Source of the DNA: an uncultured Planctomycetaceae bacterium
GTDB taxonomy: Bacteria; Planctomycetota; Planctomycetia; Gemmatales; Gemmataceae
Reading direction: 5' to 3'
Length of the DNA stretch: 64,000 nt
NCBI GenBank assembly: GCA_963763045.1
Contig: CAVXNL010000019.1
Span: 29,788-93,787 of the forward strand
Below are positions 52,448 through 62,781 of the stretch, in pieces. A program made the position numbers and the translations under genes. Under the pieces are notes generated by a model. That model did not search any database. It had not been told where the DNA came from and was given only the letters and a program-made list of their open reading frames with translations. Every line of letters begins with the position of its first letter. The first letter of the stretch is position 1.

Positions 52448-52511
52448 CGTTTAGCCGCGAGCTGTTTGCGAGCGCTGAGCCTCGGCGCTCGCAAAAGCTC
52501 GCGGCTAAACG
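52448..52511. repeat. perfect 64-nt palindromic stem-loop in the 92-nt gap between the nuoF-like stop and the next gene's ATG
   Basis: CGTTTAGCCGCGAGCTGTTTGCGAGCGC...GCGCTCGCAAAAGCTCGCGGCTAAACG, nested inverted repeats. Confidence 0.8.
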
Positions 52512-52536
52512 AAAGACCTCATTGTCGAGACTTCTC

Positions 52537-54912
52537 ATGAGTCCTGCTGACAATAACGAACCGCTGGTCATGGAAGGCCATTATGTCGAGCTGGAAAAGA
52601 CCGTCGTCGATCTGCTCAAGGAGCCGCCGGTCAAGGTCACCATCGACGGCAAATCCATCGAGATCCCGCGCACCACGCTCGTCGAGAACCCGGTGACCGG
52701 CAAGGTCGAGCCGAAGCCGACGACCATCTACGACGCCGCCCTCAAGCTCGACATCAAGATCCCGATCCTGTGCCACCGCGAGCACATGACCCCCGTCGCC
52801 GCCTGCCGTTTCTGCACCGTCGATGCCGGCGGCCGGGTGCTGACGGCCGCCTGTCACCGGCAGGTCGAGCCGAACATGGTCGTCCACACCGGCAACGCCG
52901 ACACGCCGCAGGGCAAGCGCGTCCGGAACACGATCAAGGTGCTGACCGAGCTGCTGCTCGCCGATCACGAAGTGCCGCGCGAGGCACATAAGGAGTACGG
53001 CGACAACGAGCTGCGCACCATCGCCAAGAACCTCGGCCTCAATCCGTACTCCTCGCGCTTCCCCAAGTCCGGGCGCGACCGCGGTCAGACGAGTCGTCGC
53101 TCGTCATCGCCGTCGATCACAACGCCTGCATCCTGTGCGACCGCTGCATCCGCGGCTGCAACGAAGTGCGCAACAACCAGGTCCTGGGCCGGATGGGCAA
53201 GGGGTACAAGGCGCACATCGCCTTCGACCTCAACGACCCGATGGGCCAATCGAGCTGCGTCTCGTGCGGCGAGTGCATGATCTCCTGCCCGACCGGGGCA
53301 CTGACGAATCGGAAGTTCGTCGGCGCCGATCCGTGGGCCGCCGTGCGCAGACAAGGTTCAGTCGGTCAATCCCGCGGACCTCTACAAGAACCCGCTGTTC
53401 GAGGGCGTATCGCGCCAGTTCCTCGAGTTCAACAAGGGCTCCGTGGTCCGGCGCACGTTCAAGACCGGCGACATCATCTGCCGCGAAGGCACGGCCGGCT
53501 CGACTGCGTTCCTCATCGAAAAGGGCAAGGTGGAGATCCGCATCACGTCGCCGATCAAGCACGCCAAGGCGCAGAAGATCGGCGTCCGCGGCATCTTCCG
53601 CAAGTTTGCCAGTGCCCTCGTCGGCCGCGGCGAGGACTCGCGCGATGAGGAGAGCCGGTCGTCGTTCATCCACATCGACGGCCCCGTGTCGCTGAAGTAC
53701 TCCGATCCCGTCGCCGAGCTGGACGAAGACGACCTGATCTTCGGCGAAATGACGTGCATGAACAACTACCCGCGGTCGGCAACGGTCGTGGCCAAGACCG
53801 ATGTGACCGTGCTGGAAGTGCTGCGCAACGTCCTCTACATCTTGCAGCGCAACAAGAAGTCGAAGGCGAAGCTCGACGCCGTCTACCGCCGGCGCTCGAT
53901 CGACAACCATCTCCGTAGCGTGCCGATCTTCGCCGACCTGCAACAGGATGAGACGCAGTTCAAGCGCTTCATCGACTTCTTCCGCGAGCGTGTCCAGCTG
54001 GTGCGGCTGGCACCGGGTGAGACGATCTTCCGCCAGGGCGACAGGGCCGACGCCTTCTTCATGGTGCGCGTCGGCTTCGTGAAGGTGTCGCAGAATCAGT
54101 CAGGCGGCGAGCAGGTGCTGGCTTACATCGGCCCCGGCGGCTATTTCGGCGAGATCGGTCTGATGGCCGACGACGCCGACGTAAGCCGGCTGGCCCCCGC
54201 CGGCGTCCGCACCGCAACCTGCACGGCCCTGGACCACGTGGACATTGTGCGCATGAAGGCGTCGGACTTCCGCCAGATCCTGACGGACTTCCCAGCCGTC
54301 GCCGACAAGATCAAGTCGCGGGCGATCGAGATCCTGAAGAAAAACGAGGCGACCCGCGAGCGCGTGCAGAAGGTGCCGCTCGGCGAGTTCGTTCGCCAGG
54401 GCTTGCAGGAGGCGACGTATCTGCTGGTGCTCGACCTGGAGAAATGCACGCGCTGCGACGAATGCACCAAGGCCTGTGCCGACACCCACGATGGCGTGAC
54501 ACGGCTGATCCGCGAGGGTTTGCGGTTCGACAACTACCTGGTGGCGTCGTCGTGCCGGTCGTGTCTCGATCCGTACTGCATGGTCGGCTGCCCGGTCGGC
54601 TCGATCCGCCGCCGCCAGTCGCGCGAGATCATCATCGAGGACTGGTGCATCGGCTGCGGCAAGTGCGCCGAGAATTGCCCTTACGGCAACATCAACATGC
54701 ACCCGTTCCCGACGAACCAGCTGATGGACGATCCGAACAAGCCAGGCTTCAAAGTGCCGGTGGTGCAGCAAAAGGCGACGCTGTGCGACCAGTGCAGCGA
54801 GCTGGACGGCCAGCCGAGCTGCGTCTACGCCTGCCCGCACGACGCGGCGCATCGCATGTCGGGCAAGCAGCTGATCGGGATCGTGGAGAAGCGGGCGGCG
54901 GCGATGAAGTGA
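52537..54912 (+). CDS. multidomain redox/sensor protein: NuoG/HydA-N-terminal-like ferredoxin module ([2Fe-2S] + His-ligated and 2x [4Fe-4S]) + two cyclic-nucleotide-binding (CAP) domains + C-terminal poly-ferredoxin (4x CxxCxxCxxxCP); frameshifts near 53090 and 53350
   Basis: VKVTIDGKSIEIP...ILCHREHMTPVAACRFCTV...TIKVLTELLLADH, then after a shift NACILCDRCIRGCNEVRNNQVLGRMGKGYKAHIAF...SCVSCGECMISCPTGAL. CAP domain 1 follows (LYKNPLFEGVSRQFLEFNKGSVVRRTFKTGDIICREGTAGSTAFLIEKGKVEI), then CAP domain 2 (VRLAPGETIFRQGDRADAFFMVRVGFVKVS...YIGPGGYFGEIGL). The C-terminus has CTRCDECTKAC, CRSCLDPYCMVGCP, CIGCGKCAENCP, CDQCSELDGQPSCVYACP. Confidence 0.7.
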
Positions 54913-55079
54913 GAGGCCGGGGGTGAACTGTGATCGTTAGAGAGAACGCCTCCCGCTGTGAGCCGACTCTTGAAGACGGCGGGGTGGCAAAGAAGGTCCG
55001 TTCGTGCGAAGGAATGTTTACGTTTCGCGAGGTGTCTTCCCCGCGAAACGTAAACGAGAAGGGGTTGCACCGACGGGAT

Positions 55080-55487
55080 TTACTCTTTCGGTTTGGTTCG
55101 ATCGATGGTCACCTCATCCACGACCCGCCGAGGGCCTTTATCCGAGAAGTGGATTTGCACATTGGCGCCTTCATATTGCTTGAAGTCAGCCGCCAGAACC
55201 TCGCTGGTTTTGATCTTCCCGTCGATAGCCGTTTCTTGAACTTTCAGTTTGACGTCCTTTCCAATAACAAGAGGCGGATAAATACTGCCTTCCACATCGG
55301 ACAAGTAGAGGGATTTATTATCCGTGGCAATGCGATCCAATGTGCCCATGACTGGCCCGTTGTTGGTCTCGGGAGCCACAAGAGCGTTGGCGGAATGAGT
55401 CGCCGGTTTCGTGTTATTGACCGTCACGTCGCAGCCCGTGGCCACCATGGTGAGGACGGCGATGCAGATGATAAGTAGACGCGACAT
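55080..55487 (-). CDS. small lipoprotein (hypothetical)
   Basis: MSRLLIICIAVLTMVATGC is a lipobox. The mature protein is Lys/Thr-rich and 135 aa. Confidence 0.5.
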   Translation of the reverse strand: MSRLLIICIAVLTMVATGCDVTVNNTKPATHSANALVAPETNNGPVMGTLDRIATDNKSLYLSDVEGSIYPPLVIGKDVKLKVQETAIDGKIKTSEVLAADFKQYEGANVQIHFSDKGPRRVVDEVTIDRTKPKE

Positions 55488-55585
55488 GATGGTATACCTC
55501 CCTTGGAGTGGTGCTCTCTATCATTCTACGGCACTGGTGGTGTCCGAGTGTCACTTGTCAGAAAAAAAACACCACGGAGATGCGC

Positions 55586-57728
55586 TCAGACTTGGGGGGC
55601 CGGGTAGTGTACGTGCAGCCAGTCGGTCACTTCGGCGTCTCCTTGCGCGAGTCGCTCAAGCAGGCCGCCAGGAGGGACACCCGTGGGTACGAAACAGAAT
55701 ACGGTCAGGAGGCAGAGAATTAGCATACGGGCTGTTTCTGGGCCACCCTCCACGAAGACTTGCGTGGACAGCTGTACCGCGAACTGACCGAGATGCGCGA
55801 ACTGAGCCGCAGTCAGAATCCCGTTCGGGAATTGTCCCTCCAGCATCACGGTCATCTCAATCAGGTTTTGTCGCCCCGCAGGCGTGAACCCTGTGGGGCG
55901 AGGTGCATCGTGTCGCAAGATCCGATGATTACACGCAACGGCCCACTCGGCCAGTTGCTCGGCAGTCAGCGTCATCGCTGGACCGCGCCAGCCTGTGCCT
56001 CCTTCGGCCTTTTCACGATGCCGTTCGAGAATCTGCCGTACTTCTTCGGCCACTGCCCTGCGATAGACCTCATCGGTGTCGTAGCGGCGTAACCGACGTA
56101 ACACGGCGTCACGCTTCCCTTCCGGCGGCGGTTGCTGGCGATTTTCGCCGTCCGAACCGTGCAGGACTTCGTAGAGCGGGCCGTGCCGCAGGTGATTCCA
56201 GAACAGCTCTTCCACATCGATTCGGTTGGCATTCGCCAAATTCTCCGGCAGCTGGCTGCACAGTAATCTGCCGATGTGAAAGCCGAGTTGCCGGTAGGAT
56301 TCGACCATGTCCGGATCGTAAAACTGATTGACCGTCGGATCGTGCGGGAACGGTTGCCGGTGATGGAAATGACGCAGCAGATCATTCTCTTCGTCCTTAG
56401 TCAGCGACGGCTTGAGGTAGATGATGTAACCCTCCTTGCAGGTGCGCGGTTGAACTCCGTCCGGCATGTAGTCATCGGGATAAAGCACGCGGCCGATGAA
56501 GAAATGGTAGCGGCAAGTGTCATCTTCCTTGACACTCAACGGCTGGAGGTCGATCGGCCGTTTGTCGTGGAGGTCGAGGACCTCGACACCGTGGAAGAGG
56601 CGTACCCGGCGGCACACCTTCAGAAAATCCTCGAACGAGTGTCTGGGATCTTCGCCGGCATCGGAAACGACGATGAGCTTGCAGCGGCGTTGCAACAGTG
56701 CCCAGAGGCCGAGGTTTTCGCTGTGGCCGCCGTCCGTGACCAGGCACCAGGCGCGATCCTCGGCATCGAAGAGCAGGTGATCGGCCAGAAGCATCGGCAA
56801 CGTGGGCCAGGGTAGGATCTGTACGTGGCGCCAAATCCACGACATCCACGAATGTTTGCCGGCGCTGGGATTGAGCAACCACTGGCCGAGCCGCATATTG
56901 AACACCGCGAGCAGCACACCCCATGCACCCTTGACCTGTGATGGGCTGACGGCGGCGCCTGAGATGGCGGTAACCTCGGCGAGATCATCGCGTCCATGAA
57001 ACCACCTTCTCAGCCACTTCCATCGACTCAAGTACGGCGCCGTCGGCACACACTGGGTGACGGAGGAACCGCAGTAGAGCGGCGAAAACAGGAACGGCCA
57101 GGAACGATCCTCGCTGCGGGAGTCGCCCAAGAGGTTGAGCGTACCGGAGAAGAGGGGATACGGTTCGCTCCCCCGCCTCGGCGCGTCCAGTTCGGAGAGG
57201 CGAATGAATCGGCCCTGCCCGGTTCTGGGTTCGACGTACTGTTCTGCGCAGCCGGTCGCGATAGAAGCCGTGCATGGCCGTCCAGTTTACGTTGACCAAG
57301 CCGATGAGGAGGCACACCCAGAACGAGCCACAGAGGATACGCAGACGAACGTACTGATCTTCCTCGGCCAATGTCGTCCGCTGGCCGATACCTCCGAGCC
57401 ATTGCAACGTTTCCCCCGGCGTGAGACGATCGTCAATCCACTCGGGGAGTTTTTCGGTCACGGCCTGGTCGATCGGCTTACTGGCGCGGACGATGTTCTG
57501 CCGATTGGCGGCAACGAGACCGAGATGGCGCGGCCTACCATATTCCGGAAGGAGGGAAAGTTCGAGTGCAAAGCGGTCCAAGTCGCCCGGGAGGGCTTCG
57601 TTTGAAACCAGGCTTAGCCACAGGGCATTAGCGGAATTGTCCGGCCAGCATTTTAATAGCAATCGATTCACTCCCTTCATGGCGGCTGGGGTTTCTTCCC
57701 AACGCGGTAGGAGCGTGAAGGCGGCGCC
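55586..57728 (-). CDS. 3' portion of a large membrane patatin-like phospholipase gene (contains the DGG catalytic-Asp motif), separated from its 5' portion by an IS insertion; internal frameshift near 57000-57130
   Basis: LVTDGGHSENLGLWALLQRRCKLIVVSDAGEDP matches the patatin D-G-G block. The reading frame is open on the minus strand from the IS boundary (…GAAFTLLPRWEETPAAMKGVNR…) with no stop. Confidence 0.55.
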
Positions 57729-59398
57729 GGTACTACCCTCAAGTTTACCCGGAACATTCTACCATCGCGTGACAGGAGGTCTGTGTCTCTACGTGATTGT
57801 ATTTTTTTCCACCGCAGCGCCGTGACGCCCCCTGGGCATAAGCTGGCGAACCTTTGCGGCTGTGCCCGCAGCTTTCCGAGCCTCTGTACTCTGGTAGTTT
57901 TTGCAATCACGTACCAGACCACCGCACCGCTCTTGACCACACGACCATCCTGAAAGTGACGGCAGGGTTGCACTGGTCACGAGGGCACGGTCATGACGAC
58001 AGACGCACGGTTCGGCGAACATAACTTCGGCGCGGCCTTTCTGGGACACAAACGGCGCACCGATTGTCTGGTGCGCATCGCACACCAGATTTACCGTCAT
58101 CCCGGCGGGACCTTGCCCGCCAAGCTGCACGAGCCCAAGGATTACAAGGCGATGGACCGGCTCATGAACCGCCCCGAGGTGACGCACGCCGCCGTGCTGG
58201 AGCCGCACCGCCAGCGGACCCTGCAACAGATGCGTCTGGCTCCCGGCGTGGTCCTGGTGTTGCATGACACCACCGAACTCGACTACTCGGGGCTGCGTTC
58301 GATCCCCGACCTGGGTCCGATCGGCGGCGGCCTCAACCGTGGCTACTTGTGCCACAACAGCCTGGCTTTCGACCCGCAGCGACACGAAGTCCTCGGTCTG
58401 GCCAACCAAATCCTGCATCGGCGCCGCCACGTCGGTCGCCACGAAAAAGTGCGGGCCAAACGCGAACGCCGCGATCGCGAAAGCCGGTTGTGGATCGACG
58501 GCGTCGCCGCGGTCGGCCCCGCTCCGGACGGCTGCACCTGGGTGCATGTCGCGGATCGCGGCGCCGACACCTTCGAGTTTCTCGCCCGCTCCTGGGGGCC
58601 ACACGAAGGGTTCGTGATGCGTTCCAAGGTCAACCGCGTGATCCGCCACGGCCACCATGACCCGCAGGGTCCCAAAGACTATCTGCACACCTATGCACGC
58701 ACGCTGCCGCTGCAGGGACACCGGGAAATCGTCGTGTCGGCACGGCCGGGCCAGCCCGAACGCAAGGCGGTCGTCGCCGTGTCGTTCGCGCCGGTGTTGC
58801 TCAGTCCGCCGCACGTGCGTCGCGGCTTGTATGAGAAGCGGCCGCTGCCGCTGTGGGTCGTGCGCGTGGCCGAAATCAAGCCGCCCAAGGGCGTCGCGCC
58901 GGTGGAGTGGATCCTGCTGACCGACCGCAAGGTGGGCACGCTGGCGGACGCCTGGGAACGGGTGGATTGGTACGGCGACCGCTGGATCATTGAGGAATTG
59001 CACAAGGCGCAAAAGAGCGGTTGCGCCATCGAAGATCTGCAGTTCACTACGTCGGCGGCCCTGCAACCGATGATCGCGCTGCTGTCGGTGGTGGCGGTGG
59101 CGTTGCTGAACCTGCGCGAAGCCAGTCGGCGACCGGATGCCAAGGAGCGGCCAGCGACGGAGGTGGTGGATGCACGCTACGTGGCCGTGCTGAGTGCGTG
59201 GCGTTACAAAGAGGTACGGCCGGAGTTGAGCATCCATGACTTCTTCTATGCTTTGGCGCGCCTGGGTGGCCATCAGAACCGCAAACGCGACCATCGCCCC
59301 GGCTGGCTGATCCTGTGGCGCGGCTGGATGGCCTTGCAACACATGGTCGATGGTGCGGAAGCTCTGAAAAGTTGTGGGTAAACTTGAGGGTACTACCC
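57729..59398 (+). mobile_element. IS4-family insertion sequence (~1.67 kb) with 22-bp imperfect terminal inverted repeats
   Basis: IRL GGTACTACCCTCAAGTTTACCC (57729-57750) and IRR GGGTAAACTTGAGGGTACTACC (59376-59397) match 21 of 22. A single intact DDE transposase ORF lies inside, and the IRR overlaps its stop codon. Confidence 0.85.
57993..59381 (+). CDS. IS4-family DDE transposase (462 aa, intact)
   Basis: VLHDTTELDYSG (D1), WVHVADRGADTFEF (D2), YGDRWIIEELHKAQKSGC (E / YREK-like region), typical of the IS4 family. Confidence 0.85.
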   Translation: MTTDARFGEHNFGAAFLGHKRRTDCLVRIAHQIYRHPGGTLPAKLHEPKDYKAMDRLMNRPEVTHAAVLEPHRQRTLQQMRLAPGVVLVLHDTTELDYSGLRSIPDLGPIGGGLNRGYLCHNSLAFDPQRHEVLGLANQILHRRRHVGRHEKVRAKRERRDRESRLWIDGVAAVGPAPDGCTWVHVADRGADTFEFLARSWGPHEGFVMRSKVNRVIRHGHHDPQGPKDYLHTYARTLPLQGHREIVVSARPGQPERKAVVAVSFAPVLLSPPHVRRGLYEKRPLPLWVVRVAEIKPPKGVAPVEWILLTDRKVGTLADAWERVDWYGDRWIIEELHKAQKSGCAIEDLQFTTSAALQPMIALLSVVAVALLNLREASRRPDAKERPATEVVDARYVAVLSAWRYKEVRPELSIHDFFYALARLGGHQNRKRDHRPGWLILWRGWMALQHMVDGAEALKSCG

Positions 59399-61086
59399 CA
59401 CAGCTCCATCAGCTGTTTTTGCGTCGGTTCGACAGAAGCCACCAACGCCGCCGCTGCCCAGACTGATCCCTGGACACCTGGCAAGCCCACCATCCCCGCG
59501 CTGCCTGCAACCCATTCCGGTTGGACCTGAGGCTCTCGCGCCTTGACGAAGCGAACTTCGATGGCAACGAGTTGAGGATCCATCAAGGATTGCTGGGTCG
59601 CGACCGCGTTGCCGAACAGGCGATCCATGACGTTCCCCGCATAGCCACGGGCGCTCAGTTCTTTCTCAACCTCTTTGCGGCTGTAGAGACGCACGGCCTG
59701 CACCTGGGGCGGCCGCTCTCTGGACCAGTTCGTTTTCACCTTGATGAGCTTTCCTTGCGCTGCTCGACCGGAGACATTTTCGCGCGCCAATTTGTACAGA
59801 ACGAAGAGAGGGACCCCGATCAGGACGATGGCGCCGACAAAGTTCAGGGCCTTGCCCCATTGGGCCGAGGAGGCCTGATTCGTCCTGTCGTTGCGTGAGG
59901 GCCGCAGCACCGGCCAGATGCCGAAGACGAGGAGAAGGCCGACAACAATCGCGATCGAGCCGTACACTACGGAGCGCAGCATGCTGCCGATCCAATCGAG
60001 ATCCAGGCTGGCGTTTTGCCGCGATGTGGGATCGTAAATGAGTAGCGCGTCGGGAACGCAATGGCGCAGCGGTCCGATGGAGATGTCGCCGTTGCCCAGG
60101 AGGACAATTACGCTGACCACAAGCGAGACGCCACAGATTGTCCGACTGGAATGGAACCACCGCCGTGGCAATCGTAGTTTCTTCTCGTCGGCTGGCCCTA
60201 CCTTTTTTTCGACGCGGCGCAGCCATCTCCAGGTCGTCAACCAGAATAAAGCCGGCACAAGGCTCGGGAGAAAAGCCCGGAACAGGTCCGACGTCAGAGA
60301 GTGACCCAGGCCGTCTGGCTCGTTCTCGAAAGTGATCCATTCCCGAATCGCCGGTTGGTCGAACAAGCGCCACAGACAAGCGATCAAGGTGCAGAAAAAG
60401 ATCAGGGCAGTACCGACGAGGGCCAGATTGGGCAGCAGGCCGCGCGCATAGTCCAAGACGAAATCCCAGGGACGGGCTAAATAATCTCCGCGGCGAATGA
60501 AGCGACGTACGCGCGGCGGCTGCCGGTCGCCTTCCTGCGGCAGCAGAGGTGCGTTGGGGTCCGTCGGCGACCGGGAGGCCAGGTGAGCCGCCAGGTAACT
60601 GCCGCCCGAGACGGCGGAAAGGTAGTCGAGGTAGCGATAGAGACCGCGGACAAGAAGGGCCTGTACAACACCGAGGTTGAACATCGCCGAGCGAATACCG
60701 CCTCCGGAGAGTGCCAATCCGACCAGATCGCGGCTTACGTCCGCGCCATTCACGCCGGCTCCGAAGGCGGCGATGCGTCGCTGAGCCACCTGCTCACGTT
60801 CCGCTTCGATTACCTCCTCTTCCGAAAGCAGTTCCGGGAAGATGTAGCGATAAAATTTCATCCACACGGCCGCCAGCCATCGCGCGAACTGTTTCACATA
60901 CGTGAATGCCAGGAAAAGGAAAATGAGCCCAATCAGTAAGTAGCAGCAGGAGCCCAACGGCCACCAGACTTGCGCGAACATTACGGTAGCCTCGCGGATT
61001 GGATTTGGCTCTTGGTTGATCGCAAGTGATCTGCGTGAGAAGACGTACCTGCTTGCACATTTCAACGTACCATTCGTCATCCCCAT
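59399..61086 (-). CDS. 5' portion (~562 aa) of the membrane patatin-like phospholipase: N-terminal TM, GGGxRS oxyanion motif and G-x-S-x-G-like nucleophile motif, multiple further TM helices; truncated by the IS
   Basis: LALSGGGIRSAMFNLGVVQALL...YLSAVSGGSYLAAHLAS matches the patatin block. The real sequence ends ...ASVEPTQKQLMELW exactly at the IS right end, and the track ORF then reads through the IS antisense. Confidence 0.6.
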
Positions 61087-61206
61087 GTCAACGAAAAAGC
61101 CGCGACCGTTATCCTCTCGCCGCCGTCGCGGTTCTCTCTCTGGAAACCCCGCACGTCTTCCCCGTACAATCCCTCTGGGTTTCCACTACGGCACACGAGG
61201 CCAGTC

Positions 61207-62349
61207 ATGATGCAGGCGAACGTCGATTCCCGTCTCGCGGACATTCGCTCCAGGGTCGAAGCCGAGGAACGCCTCTCATTCGAGGACGGCGTCTTCCTCT
61301 ACGACCACGCCGACCTGTTCACGCTCGGCGATCTGGCCAATCTCGTTCGTGAACGGAAGAACGGCAACTTCGCCTATTACAACGTGAATACCCACCTGAA
61401 CCCGACCAACGTCTGCGTCTATCGTTGTACCTTCTGCGCTTTTCGGGCCGACCTGAAGAGCGAGAAGGGCTACGTGATGACCGACGAGCAGATCCTCGAA
61501 CGCGCCGCCGAAGCCGATCGTCGCGGCGCGACCGAGCTGCACATCGTCGGCGGACTGCACCATCAGTTGCCGTATGAGTGGTATTTGAACGTCATCCGCA
61601 TCATCCACGTGGCTCATCCGCGACTGCATCTGAAGGCGTACACGGCGGTCGAATGGGACTGGTTCGCCCGGCTGACGGGCCGGCCGACGCGCGCTCTGCT
61701 CGCCGAGTTCCAGGACGCCGGCCTCGGCAGCCTGCCCGGCGGCGGTGCCGAGATCTTCCAGCCCGAGGTGCGCGATAAGATCTGCGAGCACAAGGCCGAC
61801 GCCGCCGAGTGGATTCGCATTCACCGTGAGGCGCACCAGCTCGGCCTGCGCTCCAATGCCACGATGCTCTACGGCCACATCGAGGAGCCGCGGCATCGCA
61901 TCGACCATCTGATTCGGCTGCGCGAACTCCAGGATGAGACGGGCGGCTTCCAGACGTTCATTCCGCTGGCGTTCCATCCGGACAACACGGGACTGGCGCA
62001 CCTCCCCAAGGCGAGCGGCCTGCTCGATCTGAAGACGATGGCGATCAGCCGATTGATGCTCGACAACTTCCCGCACATCAAGGCGTACTGGGTCATGCTC
62101 GGCATCAAGACAGCCCAGCTGGCCCTGAGCTTCGGCGCCGATGATCTCGACGGCACCGTGGTCCACGAAAAGATTTATCACGACGCCGGCAGCGATTCGC
62201 CGCAGGAATTGAGCGTCGCCGATATCCGCCGCATTCTCGAAGAAGCCGGCCGCGTGCCGGTGGAGCGCGATACGCTCTACAACGAGGTCATCCGCGATCA
62301 GGGCGAGAAACGGTGGCAGACGGGGCGACGATTGCAATTGGTGAAGTGA
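61207..62349 (+). CDS. radical SAM menaquinone (futalosine pathway) enzyme, MqnC/MqnE family
   Basis: NVNTHLNPTNVCVYRCTFCAF (CxxxCxxC) with a CofH/MqnC-like body (HIVGGLHHQLPYEWYL, TMLYGHIEEP, GADDLDGTV). Intact 380 aa. Confidence 0.8.
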   Translation: MMQANVDSRLADIRSRVEAEERLSFEDGVFLYDHADLFTLGDLANLVRERKNGNFAYYNVNTHLNPTNVCVYRCTFCAFRADLKSEKGYVMTDEQILERAAEADRRGATELHIVGGLHHQLPYEWYLNVIRIIHVAHPRLHLKAYTAVEWDWFARLTGRPTRALLAEFQDAGLGSLPGGGAEIFQPEVRDKICEHKADAAEWIRIHREAHQLGLRSNATMLYGHIEEPRHRIDHLIRLRELQDETGGFQTFIPLAFHPDNTGLAHLPKASGLLDLKTMAISRLMLDNFPHIKAYWVMLGIKTAQLALSFGADDLDGTVVHEKIYHDAGSDSPQELSVADIRRILEEAGRVPVERDTLYNEVIRDQGEKRWQTGRRLQLVK

Positions 62350-62364
62350 GACGCGGGAGGTCAA

Positions 62365-62778
62365 ATGCCCAAACTCGATATTCCGCCGATAATCCGCAAC
62401 ATGCTCGCCTGCGAGGACATCCAAACCGATCCGCAGGATGCGCGGAAAGTGTCGCTGGTGAACCTGATCCATTCGATAAAGTCCGTCGAGGAACCTCCGT
62501 ATCCGTTACGGTACCGGGAACTCTGCGTCTTTGTTCAGTTGACGGAATGTCGTGGGAAGGGCCGCGTCGGTTTGACTATTTCGCACGCTGATAGCGGGGC
62601 GTCCGCCTACGATGGTCCCGCACACCCCTGGCAAGCGAACCTCCCGAACGCTCCGCTCCAGCTTGTCGGGCTTCCTTTTCGGCTCACGAACATCGAGTTT
62701 CCGGAGCCGGGATTGTACCTGATCGAATTCTGGTATAATGACAAGGTCTTGGGGGAACAACCACTTTTGCTCAGGTGA
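62365..62778 (+). CDS. hypothetical protein (137 aa)
   Basis: ATG ORF with a plausible RBS (GGAGG at 62355) directly after the mqn gene. No recognised domain. Confidence 0.4.
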   Translation: MPKLDIPPIIRNMLACEDIQTDPQDARKVSLVNLIHSIKSVEEPPYPLRYRELCVFVQLTECRGKGRVGLTISHADSGASAYDGPAHPWQANLPNAPLQLVGLPFRLTNIEFPEPGLYLIEFWYNDKVLGEQPLLLR

Positions 62779-62781
62779 TGC

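Noticed and set aside
55586-61086. Patatin-like lipase as a CBASS (CapV) effector
   Set aside because: No CD-NTase/cGAS-like, HORMA, TRIP13 or E1/E2 genes are adjacent. The neighbours are an IS, a lipoprotein and mqn. The protein is a large polytopic membrane lipase rather than a compact CapV.
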